This document shows, piece by piece, positions 1 to 13,500 of a stretch of DNA of 64,000 nucleotides. This stretch comes from Acanthaster planci (taxonomy: Eukaryota). The notes beneath the pieces are model-generated. The model had not been told where the DNA came from, made no database searches, and saw nothing but the letters and a program-made list of their open reading frames with translations. The first letter of the stretch is position 1, and each line of letters opens with the position of its first letter. Both the position numbers and the translations under genes were made by a program. The DNA lies in NCBI RefSeq assembly GCF_001949145.1, contig NW_019091357.1, forward strand, positions 3,868,228-3,932,227, read 5' to 3'.

Positions 1-65
1 TCAAAGACAAGTCAATTGTCGGTATCTGCCATTTCATCTGAATCCCTTTTTATGTATGGTTGCAG

Positions 66-3000
66 CTCTCTGTGCTTAGCGGTTTTCGGCATGGCCTTTG
101 TGCTCACAATCTCCTGTCTCTCCGGAGTTGTCATGTATTCCTACTACGCGGACAAACAGTGTGATCCTTTCACCAGCGGAAAAGTTTCACAAACAGACCA
201 GGTGAGAATCCCGCAGTGCGCGGAATTACTGGTGGCTTGTATGCTCTTCCTTAGCCAGAGTTCTCAACGATTAATTCTATTCTAACTTCTTTCAGGTGAG
301 TTTGTGTTAGTTAATTCGGCCGTAAGCCGTTCGTTGCGTAAAGTGGCATTGCCATCAGTCCTGTTATACCCAACTATGGCATCTGTTTTTGTTTGCATTA
401 GTTAATCCCTTACTTCATAATAGAGCTGTTTGGGCGGATCCCCGGCCTTCCAGGATTCTTCACCTCGGCTGTGTTCAGCGCCGCACTCAGGTGAGTTGAC
501 GCTATTAGACAGCAATGATCTATTTAAAAAACAAAATAAAACAAAAAAAAACCAATAGGCTATTGGCCTTGAGCACTCTACGACCAATAGTAGTGTGAGG
601 GGATTTTTGTTCAGTGGTGAGCTGAGTGGTTACGACTGGTTCCCTATGTGGGATTGCGATGGAGGGAACGGGTACCGGCGCGTAGCTTCAGTCCTTTGCA
701 CAGCCTCAACATAGCCGAGGGATGACATTGAGGGGGTTCAGTAGACATCTGTCCCACTCAGTTTAACAAGATCTGCAAGTTGAATTGATTCGTTTAAAAG
801 TACCCTAATTACATTGGAGGATGCTATCGATTCTATGACAGTACGGTTTCCTCTGGACTGAACGCTCTCGCCGCTGTGACAGCTGAGGATCTGGTCAAAC
901 CGTGTTTGCCCCGCATTAGTCAGGAGCGATACACACTTGTCACCAAAGGCATCGGTGAGTACCAGTTCAGTACATTAATATATACTTTCTTGAAGACAGG
1001 TGCACGCAGCTGCAGGTTGTTAGCATAGTCCTCTTTGGAAGGAAACTAATTATTTTCAATAAAATATTTGACATTTCTTACACTTTTGTATGAGGAGTTG
1101 CACACTGTACTTGAAGGAATTGTGGCACAAGGGAATTGCAAAATAATCATTAAAGGGTGCGGAAATAGTACAAGGACACACCCGTCTGCTTTGCGACTCG
1201 AGCCTGCTTCGATTCGATGTCTGTACGTGTTCTCTATTGGAGCTATTGTGAAACAGTATGCGGCTTCTTTTCAGCATTTGGATTCGGCCTGCTCTGCATC
1301 CTTCTCGCCTACGTCATCTCGTTGCTCAATCAGGGCGTTTTACAGGTGAGTGCCGGTTTCTTGTCTAAACAGATACGGATTGAGATCAAGTCTGGAAGAC
1401 GACTCATTCGGGTATATGTTTGTCTCTACGGCTTGAATATTTTACCCAAGGCGGTTAGATATAAATGTAATCAACGTATGAAGCCCAACCACCTGGGTTT
1501 TGTATGTATTGCGCATGTCCAATGTAATATTAGGCTCGCGTTGCAGCCGTTCATCGGTATTACAAATATATCAAAAGTAAAAACACCAACAACTCGTGTG
1601 AAATGCGGTAGTCCAGCGGTTACAGTATAATGGTTTGTGATCTGTGGGGTATGGGTTCGAATTTGTGGACGAAGAGGATTTTTTTACAGGAAAATAAAGC
1701 CCGAATGTTGTATAGGAACCTCATTTCACACGTGAAGTGTTTATGGTTGAGCTCCATACATGGTTGCCAACGGTGGCTTGGCTTCATTCGTGTGGTTGCA
1801 TACATAGCCCAAGGCGCCGGTTCAGAATGACGGGGCTCAGCACGGCCTGTAATAAAAGATGGCGAACAATGAAATGAATAGGGATGGAGGGATTGTGATC
1901 AATGTAAGGGTTGAGGAGCACAAAAGGTCCACCAGGAAGTGCCGTAAATGGTTATCTCTGTTGATGTCCGTTTTGCCTCGTGAGTGGCAATGGTGATCAT
2001 TGATTCCATTTGATGAGATTTCAATCGGTATCAGCTACACCCAGCAGACTATCGACGTTTAGCCACATTCTTACAACGACATTGCTTTTCAAACAACATC
2101 GATGAGCATCCTATATTTCAAGTTCAAAAGGAATGAAATCCATCCACTGTATTTATATATTGACCCTAGCTGACACTGAGCATTTTTGGTATGACTGGAG
2201 GTCCGTTGTTGGGATTGTATTGTCTTGGATTATTCTTCCCCTGGACAAACTCAAAGGTAGGAATATTCTGGGCGACATCATTCTCACAGTGTTACATTTC
2301 TTGCCTAAATTACAGCCGCATGTTGCTAGCATAGCTTCAGCTATTATTTTCATCGCCCACCGCGATCACCTCGGCAGAGCAAATCCACTCTATTAATTTA
2401 GGGGCCTATTTGTTTCACACGGATATGGATCTCGATCAGTGATCCCAGAGGTGGTTCGCGCTTTCGATTTAAGCAGGCTTTGTCAGTGAACCAACGTCAG
2501 ATCGCTGATCGCAATCCTGTTCCGCATAAGAACAAACAGTCCCCTTATTAGTTTCATCAGTTTCAGCCATGTTTCCATCGTCACCCTAGCTAGGATGAGC
2601 TCCCCTGTCGTCTCTTCTAGTGAAATCAACATCGTCACCCTTGTCAAATTAGCTTCATTATTGCCCCCCCCCCTTTTTTTTGGGCTCTTCCTCGTCCAAT
2701 ATAACAGTTTATCTCCAACCGATCTCGGAATTAGTTCCTCATTATATGAGTCATCTTTGAGTTTAGAACCAATTCGACTTTCGCCCTTGACAGCTTCTGG
2801 TCCGTCGCCTTGATTACGGTCAAGGTGAGATGGCTACAGTCGTGTACACGACATTTATATATCATTATGGACCTCGAGCTTGACCGAGAGATGGCGCCAT
2901 ATTCTTAGCAACAGAGACTCTTTTGGTCGGAACGGAACTTCACTGGTTCACAAACGACTAGAAAATGTACGCGTCATAGTCGCATCGCTACCATTAAATT

Positions 3001-4883
3001 GAACACTCCTGACCAATGTGGCTCTTTTCAGCCGATTACGGGGTGCTTCCGCTTGAGGCAAATTGTTTTATCTTATGGTTGATATCGTTATTGTCGTATT
3101 CATCCTCCTTGCCACTAATTCTCGCTTTGATATCGCTCAGTATTCCCCTATCACCATTACACGAAAAAAAAACCCAGAAAATGCATGTTCTTGCGTTTGG
3201 ATCTGTGCAAACAACCCCAATCCACTGCTTGGTTTTTCGAAGGGCGCGATGGCGGGACTGCTGGGAGGCCTGGCTGTAGCCTGTTGGGTGGGAATTGGCG
3301 CCTTCATTTACCCGCCAAGTACCTACAGACCTCCGCTAACCATCGAAGGTTGCAACCTGACCACATCCATCACGACACCCAGCCCACTTCTGATGACAAC
3401 GACAACAACTCTTGCACCAGAAACGTAAGTGGAACTTTGAAAAATCAGTCCAAAGTTTTATTCATTGTAACAAACTAATAAGTGTTGCTTACATTTCTTT
3501 TGCCCACGTTTCCATTTTAACTAATTAAATAAAAAATTCCTGAAGTTGGAACAAGAGTTTCGTGCCAAGTGTTTGTTTTTGTTGTGTTGTTTTTTTTTAA
3601 TCGTAATGATCCAAGGCTTCAAATTTTGTTTGGTTTCCTTTTTTTTACTTTGATTAGCTCACCAATCATTGAATTATACTCACTCTCGTACGCCTGGTAC
3701 TCATGCGCCTTCTGGCTGGTGACCATCGTCGTTGGTCTGTTAGTCAGCTTCCTGACGGGTAGGGTGCCTGCTTTCCTCCCATGTTTTCAATATCTCAACT
3801 ACTGTATTTTAGCTCAAAGCTTGTGAAGGGGGACATTTCGATATGATAGGAGCTCAGTGCCGAAAAGCACCATCATAAGTGACCATGAGAGAGTGTGGGC
3901 CGAAGCCTGAAAGCCACTGGTACTGTGCGACCGGCAAGCACGCAAGAACTTCCAGTGTCCATCAGACTGCTGAAACTGCTTTCCGTACATTGGAACTAAA
4001 TGGCGTCACTTCCTTTAAAGAGACTTGTAACCCATGCATCCTTTCATTTATAAACTAGCCATCGTAAAAGGAAAACAGGACACGCAGATTGATGTGCATC
4101 ATATGCATATTATGCCCAGGCCGCATAAAATACGAACTGTACACTTTCTGAGCGTAATATGCATATGACTCACGCCATTCTGCGTCTTCCCCTTTTCGGT
4201 CTACCGCTACCAACGCCCAATTATAAAGGCTCCAAAACAAGTTCCAAAATGGAAAACTCGGAACTTTCTTTATAGAATCCATATATCTTCCCGTCACCCT
4301 CTGTGTGCGCCTAACACCAATGTCACGATTTCTGCTAGACTTGTGAAACTGCTTCCGGTACGACGCCATTTATCTTTCTGAAACTCCTAAACCGCACACG
4401 CCCACCATCTACTGGCTGTCCGCATCTGAAGCTTAATTATAAAGCCTCAAAAATAAAAACCTTGAACTTACTTTATAAAATTACGATTTTTCCCGTAATC
4501 AAGGTGCCACCAAGAGGCAAGACATCGACCCTGTCCTTCGGTCTCATTGCGTGGACGGTCTGTACTGCTGCCTCCCGGAAGTGATTAAGAAGCCACTACG
4601 ATGCGGGGACGAAAAACCGGTAAGATGTAGGCTTTAGAGGGCGTTGTGAGTCAGAGAGAAAAAGATGTCGTCGATTTTAAGAAATGTATCACTCTTTTTC
4701 TTCCAGGATTACACCAAGAAAGACGAAGAGGCGGAGATGGTAGAGGTGAAGGAGGTCAAACCAGACTTGAGCGATAATGCAGACGATAGTGATGATGTTG
4801 ACTCGGCAACAGTTGCCACGGAGCAACCAAGCAGCACTGAAAAGGAAAATAGCCTGGAAAACAATGGTTTTACAGCTCTGTAA
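66..4883 (+). CDS. SLC5A8-like: Gene A: sodium-coupled monocarboxylate/multivitamin transporter-like (SLC5A8/12/6/5 subfamily), 5'-partial (exons 7-15)
   Basis: Exons 66-201, 402-490, 842-954, 1275-1345, 2170-2256, 3243-3424, 3658-3758, 4504-4619, 4707-4883, all AG/GT bounded and in phase. Motifs: [75 protein letters not shown]; ends FTAL*. Exact vertebrate orthology not determinable. Confidence 0.92.
2401..2544. mobile_element. PIF/Harbinger-type MITE (TTA TSD) in gene A intron 11
   Basis: Imperfect TIR GGGGCCTATTTGTT / AACAAACAGTCCCC, flanked by TTA (2398-2400) and TTA (2545-2547). The homologous gene B intron (~13890-13945) lacks it. Confidence 0.75.
2870..3060. repeat. Dispersed ~190-bp MITE-like repeat, copy 1 (others ~10575-10740 and ~12445-12620)
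   Basis: Shared CCTCGAGCT-GACC-AGAGA-GGCGC...TAGCAA...GTCGCATC-CTACCA--AAATTGAA...GGCTCTT core; short imperfect terminal IR CCTCGAGC / GCTTGAGG in this copy. Confidence 0.7.
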
Positions 4884-5440
4884 CTATGGTGACGATGTTG
4901 ATGATGAACCATGGTGCACATACCTCCCTCCTCGCAGAAAACTATGCATTCGTTTTGAATATTTATTAATATGCCTAATATGATCAAGGCCAATCAGCAA
5001 AAAAAATCGTTATTAGAAAAAACAATATTAATTATTTTATCAAGTAGACTAAAGAAAGTAACAAAAATTACAGGTTGTATGGGTGGCATTTAAGGCACAT
5101 ACGCACAAACTAGCTTAATTATTGAGTCAAAGCGATTTCAAATTAATGCACGTATCACCCGTGAATGTCTAATGATATGCCCAAGAAACTTAAGTGGGTA
5201 GGATATTTATTGGGATGTGTTTAATTTCATCATACCCAAAGAGGATTTAAGGCATTTGAACTCTTCCTTTCCACCAAACCGGGATCTGCTTTTAATTTGT
5301 TAGCTTCTTAGCCAGCATGTATTGTTCTATAGCTTAATTAGTAAACAGTTTGTCACGCTCAATTTTACAGTTTCCAGTGTTTCAACTTTCTGTATATTAC
5401 AAGTATTTCTATAGATCTGTAACAGCGTTCTTCTTTGAGA

Positions 5441-5446
5441 AATAAA
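5441..5446 (+). promoter_or_regulatory. Candidate polyadenylation signal of gene A
   Basis: AATAAA ~560 nt after the gene A stop; unverified. Confidence 0.3.
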
Positions 5447-7502
5447 AAGTGTCAGGCATTCTTTAAAAAAATCAAAATTATATTAGAATGGTTTGTAGAC
5501 AGTTGTTTAAATGAAGTGTCACAAACCTTATCATCTGGTCCACTTGGATACATATTGCCACTGGTCTTGTGAAAGGACTTGTGACGGAACGCGCATCAGG
5601 CTCGACTACAGCATGCAAAATTTCAACAGCCAAATAACCTTGAGGAAGTTGGCATGGTTGGCAGACCACTGTCACGTTGCCTGCTACTCCAATTTTGAAA
5701 AAATTTCACCACTGTCAGATGTTAAGTCAATAATGTATGTACATTTAACAATTTTAACAAGGGCCAGATTTTCATTTTAAGGTTTGTTATTCAGTGTTTG
5801 AGAGCTACCTGAATTTTTTTTAACGCTAAGTGAATTGTTCCCTTTTTTTACTCACGGCTGTGTAACTTTGCCAGCAACTGGTAGTACAAAAATACCAATA
5901 TAATGTACAGAAAGAGGAGACGAAAATTTGCCCTCTTCAAAGTGGATCCAGGAATTTTCCGGGGGGGGGTCAGGCCCGTCAGCATTTTTATGTCCGAACA
6001 TTGCAGACAGGCGGACCCAAAGGTAATGCAACCCGACAATTTCCTGGCCCACCATGACCCCTCTGTGTTCGAGCTACTTGGCAGCAGCTTAAACGCACGC
6101 TGTAGTTTGCTATTGTGATTCAGCCACTTCTAACAGGGGTATGTGCATTGTCAAGCAATGGCCAAGTACGTCGGACACGGTCATAACAACAGACACGCCC
6201 CGTGTGTCACTCAGTGCAAAGGAAACAAGATGACTTTTGCCCATAACGTGTTTGGGCTCACAGTTGTACAACCACCAGCTGATTTACATAGGGACTGTGG
6301 AAACACAAGTTGGCGCCATCAGTATATTTATGTCTGTGAAAGCTCTCCACAAGTGACTCTTCACAGGCCAGTGTTTTGATATCTCATGGAGAAAAGATAC
6401 CAAACTGAATGGGTTATTTTAGTCCTGCCTTATTGGCGTTTTTATAGGTTTTATGTTGGGAGGCAAAATCTGGATTTTTTCTGAAAAGAACGTTCAAATT
6501 GTTTCATCCATAGCAGAATTATTCCCTCTTCAAAAAGAAGATAGTCTGTACTTTTCAAAGTGTTTACTCTTCAAGATTAATACCTAGTCTGCCAAATCAT
6601 TTCATTCGGATCAAGCAGGCCCCGTCTAAGCCAAAGTGATCTGAAATGAAATGGGTCACCCGACGATAATGTCATGTGTTACTCCGTTGTCATTTCCTAA
6701 ACATTAAGAGGACAAATTCAGTCCAGAAGGTTAAAACCTGAAATTAACTGCATCAAAGTACCTGTGATAAATGCCATTGTTGCGTTGCACCGCGTTTGAG
6801 AGTGGATAAACAGGTTGCTGATAAAGTCCTCTTAGGCTGAAAGGCGAACCCCAAACTTTTTCATCGGGAGTTCAGAGCATGAATATTTTTGGTTGCATCA
6901 GCCCCTCTCGATGCCAGGGCAGGCGTACGCTAGCACGACCTTTATCATATACCACTGATAATCTTTTTAGGCCGGTGGAGTACAATGCCTTTGCCTGAGC
7001 AGATAAGCCAAACCTGGACGTATAGTCGTTCTGTCCGTTTGGAACTAATTAAGTATTACCACTGCGCAGGCTCGGGGCGCTGAAATGCTTTTTTAAGCGT
7101 TGATGTAGAATGTTTACTTTAGATTGTTTATACCATGGAATTCCGTTTTGTATACCAAGGCCCTTACCATTCACTGAGAACAAACGAAACAAGGGATGAT
7201 CTGAAAGAAATCACTTGGTAGTGTTTTGGAACAAAAGCATATTTTCCAAACGAGTGACTGAGTACCACAAATATCTACCGCTATGATTATTCATAAATGC
7301 TAATTACTATACATACTGCTACTGCTTTTCGGATGCCCGATCAAAGTTCTTCGACGACATCTCTGCAACGCCCTGCAAGATGAATTGAAAAAAATTAGGG
7401 CAAGTATTGGGACAAGATCACAAACTGCTCTGGTTATCTCCAGCACGGACTTACAGATGAGTAGACCCTTAGCCGCAGTAAGCCACTTGCAGTATCGCCA
7501 TC

Positions 7503-10500
7503 ATGGCCGGGCCTGAAGATGCTGCCAATTTCGGCGTCTGGGACTACGTGGTGTTTGGCTGCATGCTGCTCATCTCGTTGGGCATCGGTTTCTTCTACGG
7601 CTGCACCGGCGGCAAGCAGCAGACCGCGGCCGAGTTCCTCCTGGCCGACCGCAACATGAACCCCATCCCCGTAGCCATGTCGCTGGTGGCTAGCTTCATC
7701 TCAGCCATCACGGTGCTGGGCACGCCGGCCGAAGTCTACATTTTCGGTAGCATGTTCTGGTTGTTTTGCTTCTCCTACCCAGTGGTCGGTTTAGCAGTGT
7801 CTCGCCTGTTCATCCCAGTGTTTTTTAGGCTGAACGTGACAAGTGCAAATGAGGTAAGGCGTAACGTCGTCTCAAAACAAGTCACATTCGGCCATTTTTT
7901 TTTCCATTGCCCTTTTCACCCAGAATTTCAAAATGTCACCTACAACAAAGAACTGCCTGCTCGAAATGCTTTCATGTGTTTTATTTTCAACGAGAGCTTG
8001 GGAGGGACAAAGATATGAAGCCAAGAAAATGTGAACGTTGTTTTTCTTCCCCCACTCTTTTCCATGTTTTGTGTAGAACTATACCATCAAGGTCTATCTC
8101 GTTTATTTCTCGTCTCGTACACCTTTGTCGATGTCATGTTTTCGTTGGTCATCGACGCCATGGTTCCATGTGCGATGTTACAAATTGGCATGCACAGTGG
8201 TATCGTTAAAAACAGCAAGAGAGAAATAGTGAAGACACCCCTTGAATTGTTTCTCTCCGTTTCAGTACCTCGAGTTACGCTTCAACAAAGCGGTTCGCGT
8301 TTCTGCCACGATCACATTTTTCCTGAATATGGTAAGTTTTCTTTGTTTTTTTCGCTTTTTAAGAGTTCCCTTCAAAATTCGTGTACCACAATGACCGTTT
8401 CAGGCAATTACTTATCGAAATGTCTTTTATGGGCATCAAGGATGTTGGTTAACTCTTGAACAACAAGACAGCATTCATACTTTCCATGAAATGTCATTTT
8501 GATGATGAACTTAATATCTTTTCCTCTCTCTCTCTCTCTTTAAAGGTTTTCTACATGGGGTTAGTTATCTATGCTCCAGCCTTGGCATTCAATGCAGGTT
8601 TGTATGTATTGTTCAGGCCCGCCTGTTATACAGGATAAGGCAATTTTTTTTCCCTTTCGCAGATATCTTTTTTAAAAATATGCCAAGTCATCTCATGCAA
8701 CGCTTGGTCATATTTATAGAATAAGCGTGTTGAGTGTCATTCTTTCGGTGGATGGAACTTATTTCAACGACAAAAGGGTTGCATTTCTAGAATTCCTCCT
8801 TTTTCATTTTGGAAAAGATGAAAATATAGATTAACACTTAAATTAAAAAACTCTCACTTGCTTCATTTCTGCCAGTTACTGACGTGAGCCTGTGGGGGTC
8901 TGTTCTAGCAACGGGACTCGTCTGTACCCTCTACACGACAGTTGTAAGTAAAGACTTGTCGTACACATCATTGTCTGCTGACCAACTGTTCAGAGATTTT
9001 CACTTGAAAGTCCGACTGCTGTCTTTGCCGCGCATCGTGACCAAATAATCGACGAGTTTGAGTTAACTATAGGACAAACTGTTTCATGCTACAAACCGTC
9101 GACGTTATGTTACCACCTTGAGTTAGGTAGCAGTGGTTCGATGGCGACAAGTGCACATGATCACTGTACACTACCCATTGTCAAGACAACCATCCATGGC
9201 CTCTCCCAGAGTGCGATCCCTGGCCAAGCTTCGCACACCTACTTCACTTGCAAGCACAGGCATACAAGTGTCAAGAAAGGTCACTCTGTCATTTTGGCAA
9301 CATACAGGGTGGGATGAAGGCTGTGCTGTGGACCGACGTGTTTCAGACGTGCGTGATGTTTGGGGGATTCATAGCTGTCATCATTGAGGGAACCATGCGG
9401 CTGGGCGGACTCGGCAACGTCTGGCGAATTGCAGAGGAAGGGGGCCGCATCGACTTCTGGAAGTAAGTCTAACCATCAGACAAATCTCGAAGAGAGAAGT
9501 TGCTATAGTAAAAGATACACAAGCAAGGATATTGTATGGCACTCTGAATATGATATATCTTGGACTAAAATGCTTATTGACGACGATAGAGGATACTTTT
9601 CTGCGAAGTAACAATGTTACATCAACAATTTTTTTTTCTTCCTTCTAAATGTCTTATGCTCATAGTTTTTTTTTTTACTATTTAACCCTAACCTCAAGTG
9701 GCCTCTTGTGTTGGGCGACTTCCATTAAAAAATGTCATAATGAGGGTTTTCAAATACTTGACTCCGTGCAGGTCTCGTGCTTCGCCCAATCGTTAACCCC
9801 CTGACTTTGAAGTGTTCGGCTCAATAACGATTTCCACATGATGCTGACAAAACCATAGCACTACGTGCAAGAGGGCAATCTACTTGAAATATCTCTATCA
9901 AATTTGTTTATTATAGTAGGTAGACGACAAGTTCGAGTATTTAGAAAAACCACCTTCGTTGACACACCGCGTCTGCGAAGCTTAGTGCGCATGCCTGGTT
10001 TTCACCTGAATGCGCGCAAAAACTACAGCGTCGCCCCATGAAGACAGTGGCGAGAACTACTTGTTTCCATCGTATGTCACCGTTGAGGGAAGTATTTGCA
10101 TAGAGAATGCGAATCTACCTACAAGTTACCTCGTGTATATATACAATCACTTGCTCGGCTTCGTCTAATCATTCACTTCTCTTGTCTTTCTCAGTTTCAG
10201 CTTCGACCCAACCATTCGCCACACGTTCTGGTCCATTGTTATCGGGGGAAGCTTCACATGGTCGACTAGTTACGGCGTAAATCAAGCCCAGGTGCAGCGC
10301 TATATCACGACGGGAAGCGTCAAAAGAGCCTGGGTGTAAGTGTCTACATTCTCAGAGTTTTTAAATCCACTGGGATGACATTCAGTCACATTGTCAGTGC
10401 AGAATACACCTGCCATGTCAAGTCCATTTTCATGCGATCTCGTTTACAGTCAGCATTAAACGATTTGCATCAAACGGCTGTTTTAATGGGGCGAAATTTA

Positions 10501-13500
10501 AACCACAAAATCAACAAGCAATACATTCCTTACCTGAAGTCTCAACTGCACAAATTGATGCTGACGTGAGTATGGGCCTCGAGCTAGACCAAGAGAGGGC
10601 GCTTTTTATTAGCAATAAAGGCTCCTTTGGTCGGAACTGAACTCGCTGATTCACGAACAACTAGGAAAGGCACCCGTCACAGTCGCATCCCTACCAACAA
10701 ATTGAATACCCCCGAATGCGGCTCTTACCATACAGACGGATTACTTTACTGCGCGTTCGATTACCTTCCCTCAAGCTCATTTGGATCTATTAAAGTAACT
10801 CGGTCAGTTCTGAAATCAGGAGCACTTCAGGAAGAATTCAGATTATTTCATTCGTGGATCATTTCCAAGCTCTCAGGTAGCTTGTGCACTCCTCAGAGTA
10901 CAAAACCAAATCCCAGACCAAGATAAATTATGATTCGACCAAGTTCGTTAGTAACCTTGTAGATGCCACGTCAGTTGGACGTCATTTGACCAAACCTGAC
11001 GCAAGCCTGCAGCCTATCATTCCCTTCATATGTTACAAGTGCATCCTTTTGGTTTGGAAGGCGATACAAGACCATTCTGGAATTTGGTTAAAGTTAGAAA
11101 GAAAGGAAGATGAGTTAACTCAACAAAACCTAATATTGGAGTCTGTGTTCCTCTTTAAACAAAACAGGTTGTTAGGTGAAGAAAAACAGAAACCATTCAG
11201 TGAATTCCAAAGAAATGCACTGCGTGCGAAAAAAGTATTCGAATATTCTTTCGTCCTGCTTCCACTAATCGCAACAATGTATGTGTGGATGACGACAAAC
11301 CGACAGTGAGGTTTCTCTCTCAAACACTCTTATGGACAAACCCTTGGAGAAGTGACTACGGAAAGTGTTATACAGACTTCAATGGCAGACCTAGTTGTGT
11401 GCCAACCAGCTCACTGTACGTTTTTACACATCACCTAAATGAAAGGCAGATGAAAGGCAACAGCGCCAGTCTAAATATACAAGTGTGACAGTCACAGTTT
11501 GAGCCTCTGAACAAAAGATGTTGGTTGCAGAGACTTCTGTAGACTTTCCCACATGCACACAAGCTTCCTGATCTCTGAAAAATAGCTTTAAAGGCATTTG
11601 GAGGTTAGGGCTATGTGTCACAAAATAAACAGGAACAATGGGGGAAATCTTTACCAAGAATGTACCTCGAAAGAGCGTTACCAATTCGAAAAAACGAATC
11701 TTATCTCCAAGACTTGGTTTTCCTGCCTACATGTCTACGAAGGCATGTCTACACTACCTACATAGCTTTGAAACGCTAACCTGTGTGAGACAGCAGTGTC
11801 CCATGCACCAAGGGAAGAATGTTTAGCAAAGAGGTATATCGTCCATCAATCGTCGGTGTCCATAACCCGGTTCTGATTTTTCTATTTGTTTGCAGCGCTT
11901 TAGGCTTGGCGGGTGCGGGAATGGTCATTGTCGGTTCGGTTTCCTGTCTCTCCGGACTTGTCATGTATTCTTTTTACGCGGACAGGCAGTGCGATCCTCT
12001 TACCAGCGGAAAAATCTCACAAACAGACCAGGTGAGAATTTTACAGTGCTTTAACCAGTGATGTAAATTTGTGCCAGAAAAGTTTGGGGGATGGGGGATG
12101 AAAATTGGGGGGGGGGGTGACTTGCCTGGCCACGGCAATTAGAAAAGCGGGTGTGGTTGGAGAGATGCTGACAACATAAGACACCAGGGGGTGATATTTA
12201 TGATATAGATGTACAAGTGTAATGTGTATCTTATAGCAGAACGGTATATACCGCCTTTTTCCATCGTGCCGTGGTTTCCAGAATAACACATTGGCTCGCT
12301 GTGAGCAATTATTTTCATACCTGACTTTATTTGCACCAGTTAATTCCTTACTTCATGATGGACCTGTTTGGGCGCATCCCCGGCCTTCCAGGATTCTTCA
12401 CTTCGGCCGTCTTTAGCGCCGCACTGAGGTGAGTTATAAACCGAGCCCCGAGCTAGAGCAAGAGAGTGCACAGTGTTCCTAGCAACACACGCTCGTTCCT
12501 AGCAACACACGCTCGACGAGGAAATGCACGCGCTACAGTTGCGTCGCAACCAACAAAATGACCACTCTCCACAAACATGGCTCTTTTCAACCGATGGGGG
12601 GGTACTTCTGCTCAAGACAGATAGGGGAGCATTGATCTGTATGAGAAAACGACTCCCTGGGCTTAAAAAGTGAATACACTATCATACATTCTAAGACCAG
12701 TATTGGTTGTCAAATGTTTTGAAGGATGTGAAGTGTTTGCGAGAGGTCCCCCGCGCAGTTCGATGGGAGTGGGTATGGAAACCAGCACTGATAAGCTAAA
12801 TCGTTCGCATCAGATCGGCATGAATGAGGATGGGTATTTAACTTCGTTGTTACCCATAAACAAAATACTTTCCACTTTGTAAAGATTGTCCAGCACCCGC
12901 TACTTTGGTTTGACCCCAGCGGCTTATCAATATACAAGTCGAAATTGCCAACCAGATGTGTTTTCCGCTCAGTTCAACAAGATATTCATGTTCAGCTGAA
13001 TTCTTTAGATACATTTTTATCAAAAATAACGTTCCTTTTATTGTAGTACTGTTTCTTCTGGACTAAACGCTCTCGCCGCGGTGACGGCTGAGGATCTGGT
13101 CAAGCCATGTTTTCCCCACATCAGTGAGGAGCGGTACGCGCTGGCAACCAAGGGCATCGGTGAGTACCAGATCATCCAATGCATTGTACACAACTGTACA
13201 CTACCTAGAAGGCAGCTGCACTCGGTTGGAGACAGTTGATAATGGACGTTTGAGTGGTAAACGGGCATTCTCTGCAATTAGTGGTCATTTCTCAAGGTAT
13301 TCCAAGGACATTAAAACTCCTATTCAATTCAATTTATTTCCATATGTCATCCACATGTATCTATTTGTGTATAACTCTGCGTTGTTTTTCAGCATTTGGA
13401 TTCGGCCTACTGTGCGTGCTGCTCGCATACATAACCTCGTTGCTCAGCCAAGGCATATTACAGGTGAGTAGCGGCTCCTTGTTTATGCAGGTACAGGTTG

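Noticed and set aside
1605..1670. A-box/B-box-like words (TAGTCCAGCGG...GGTTCGAAT), also GGTTCGAATC at ~60188
   Set aside because: No cloverleaf can be formed; at most decayed tRNA-derived SINE heads, too weak to annotate.
8523..8540. (CT)n tract and scattered poly-G/poly-C runs
   Set aside because: An ordinary polypyrimidine tract and low-complexity MITE interiors; no evidence of function.
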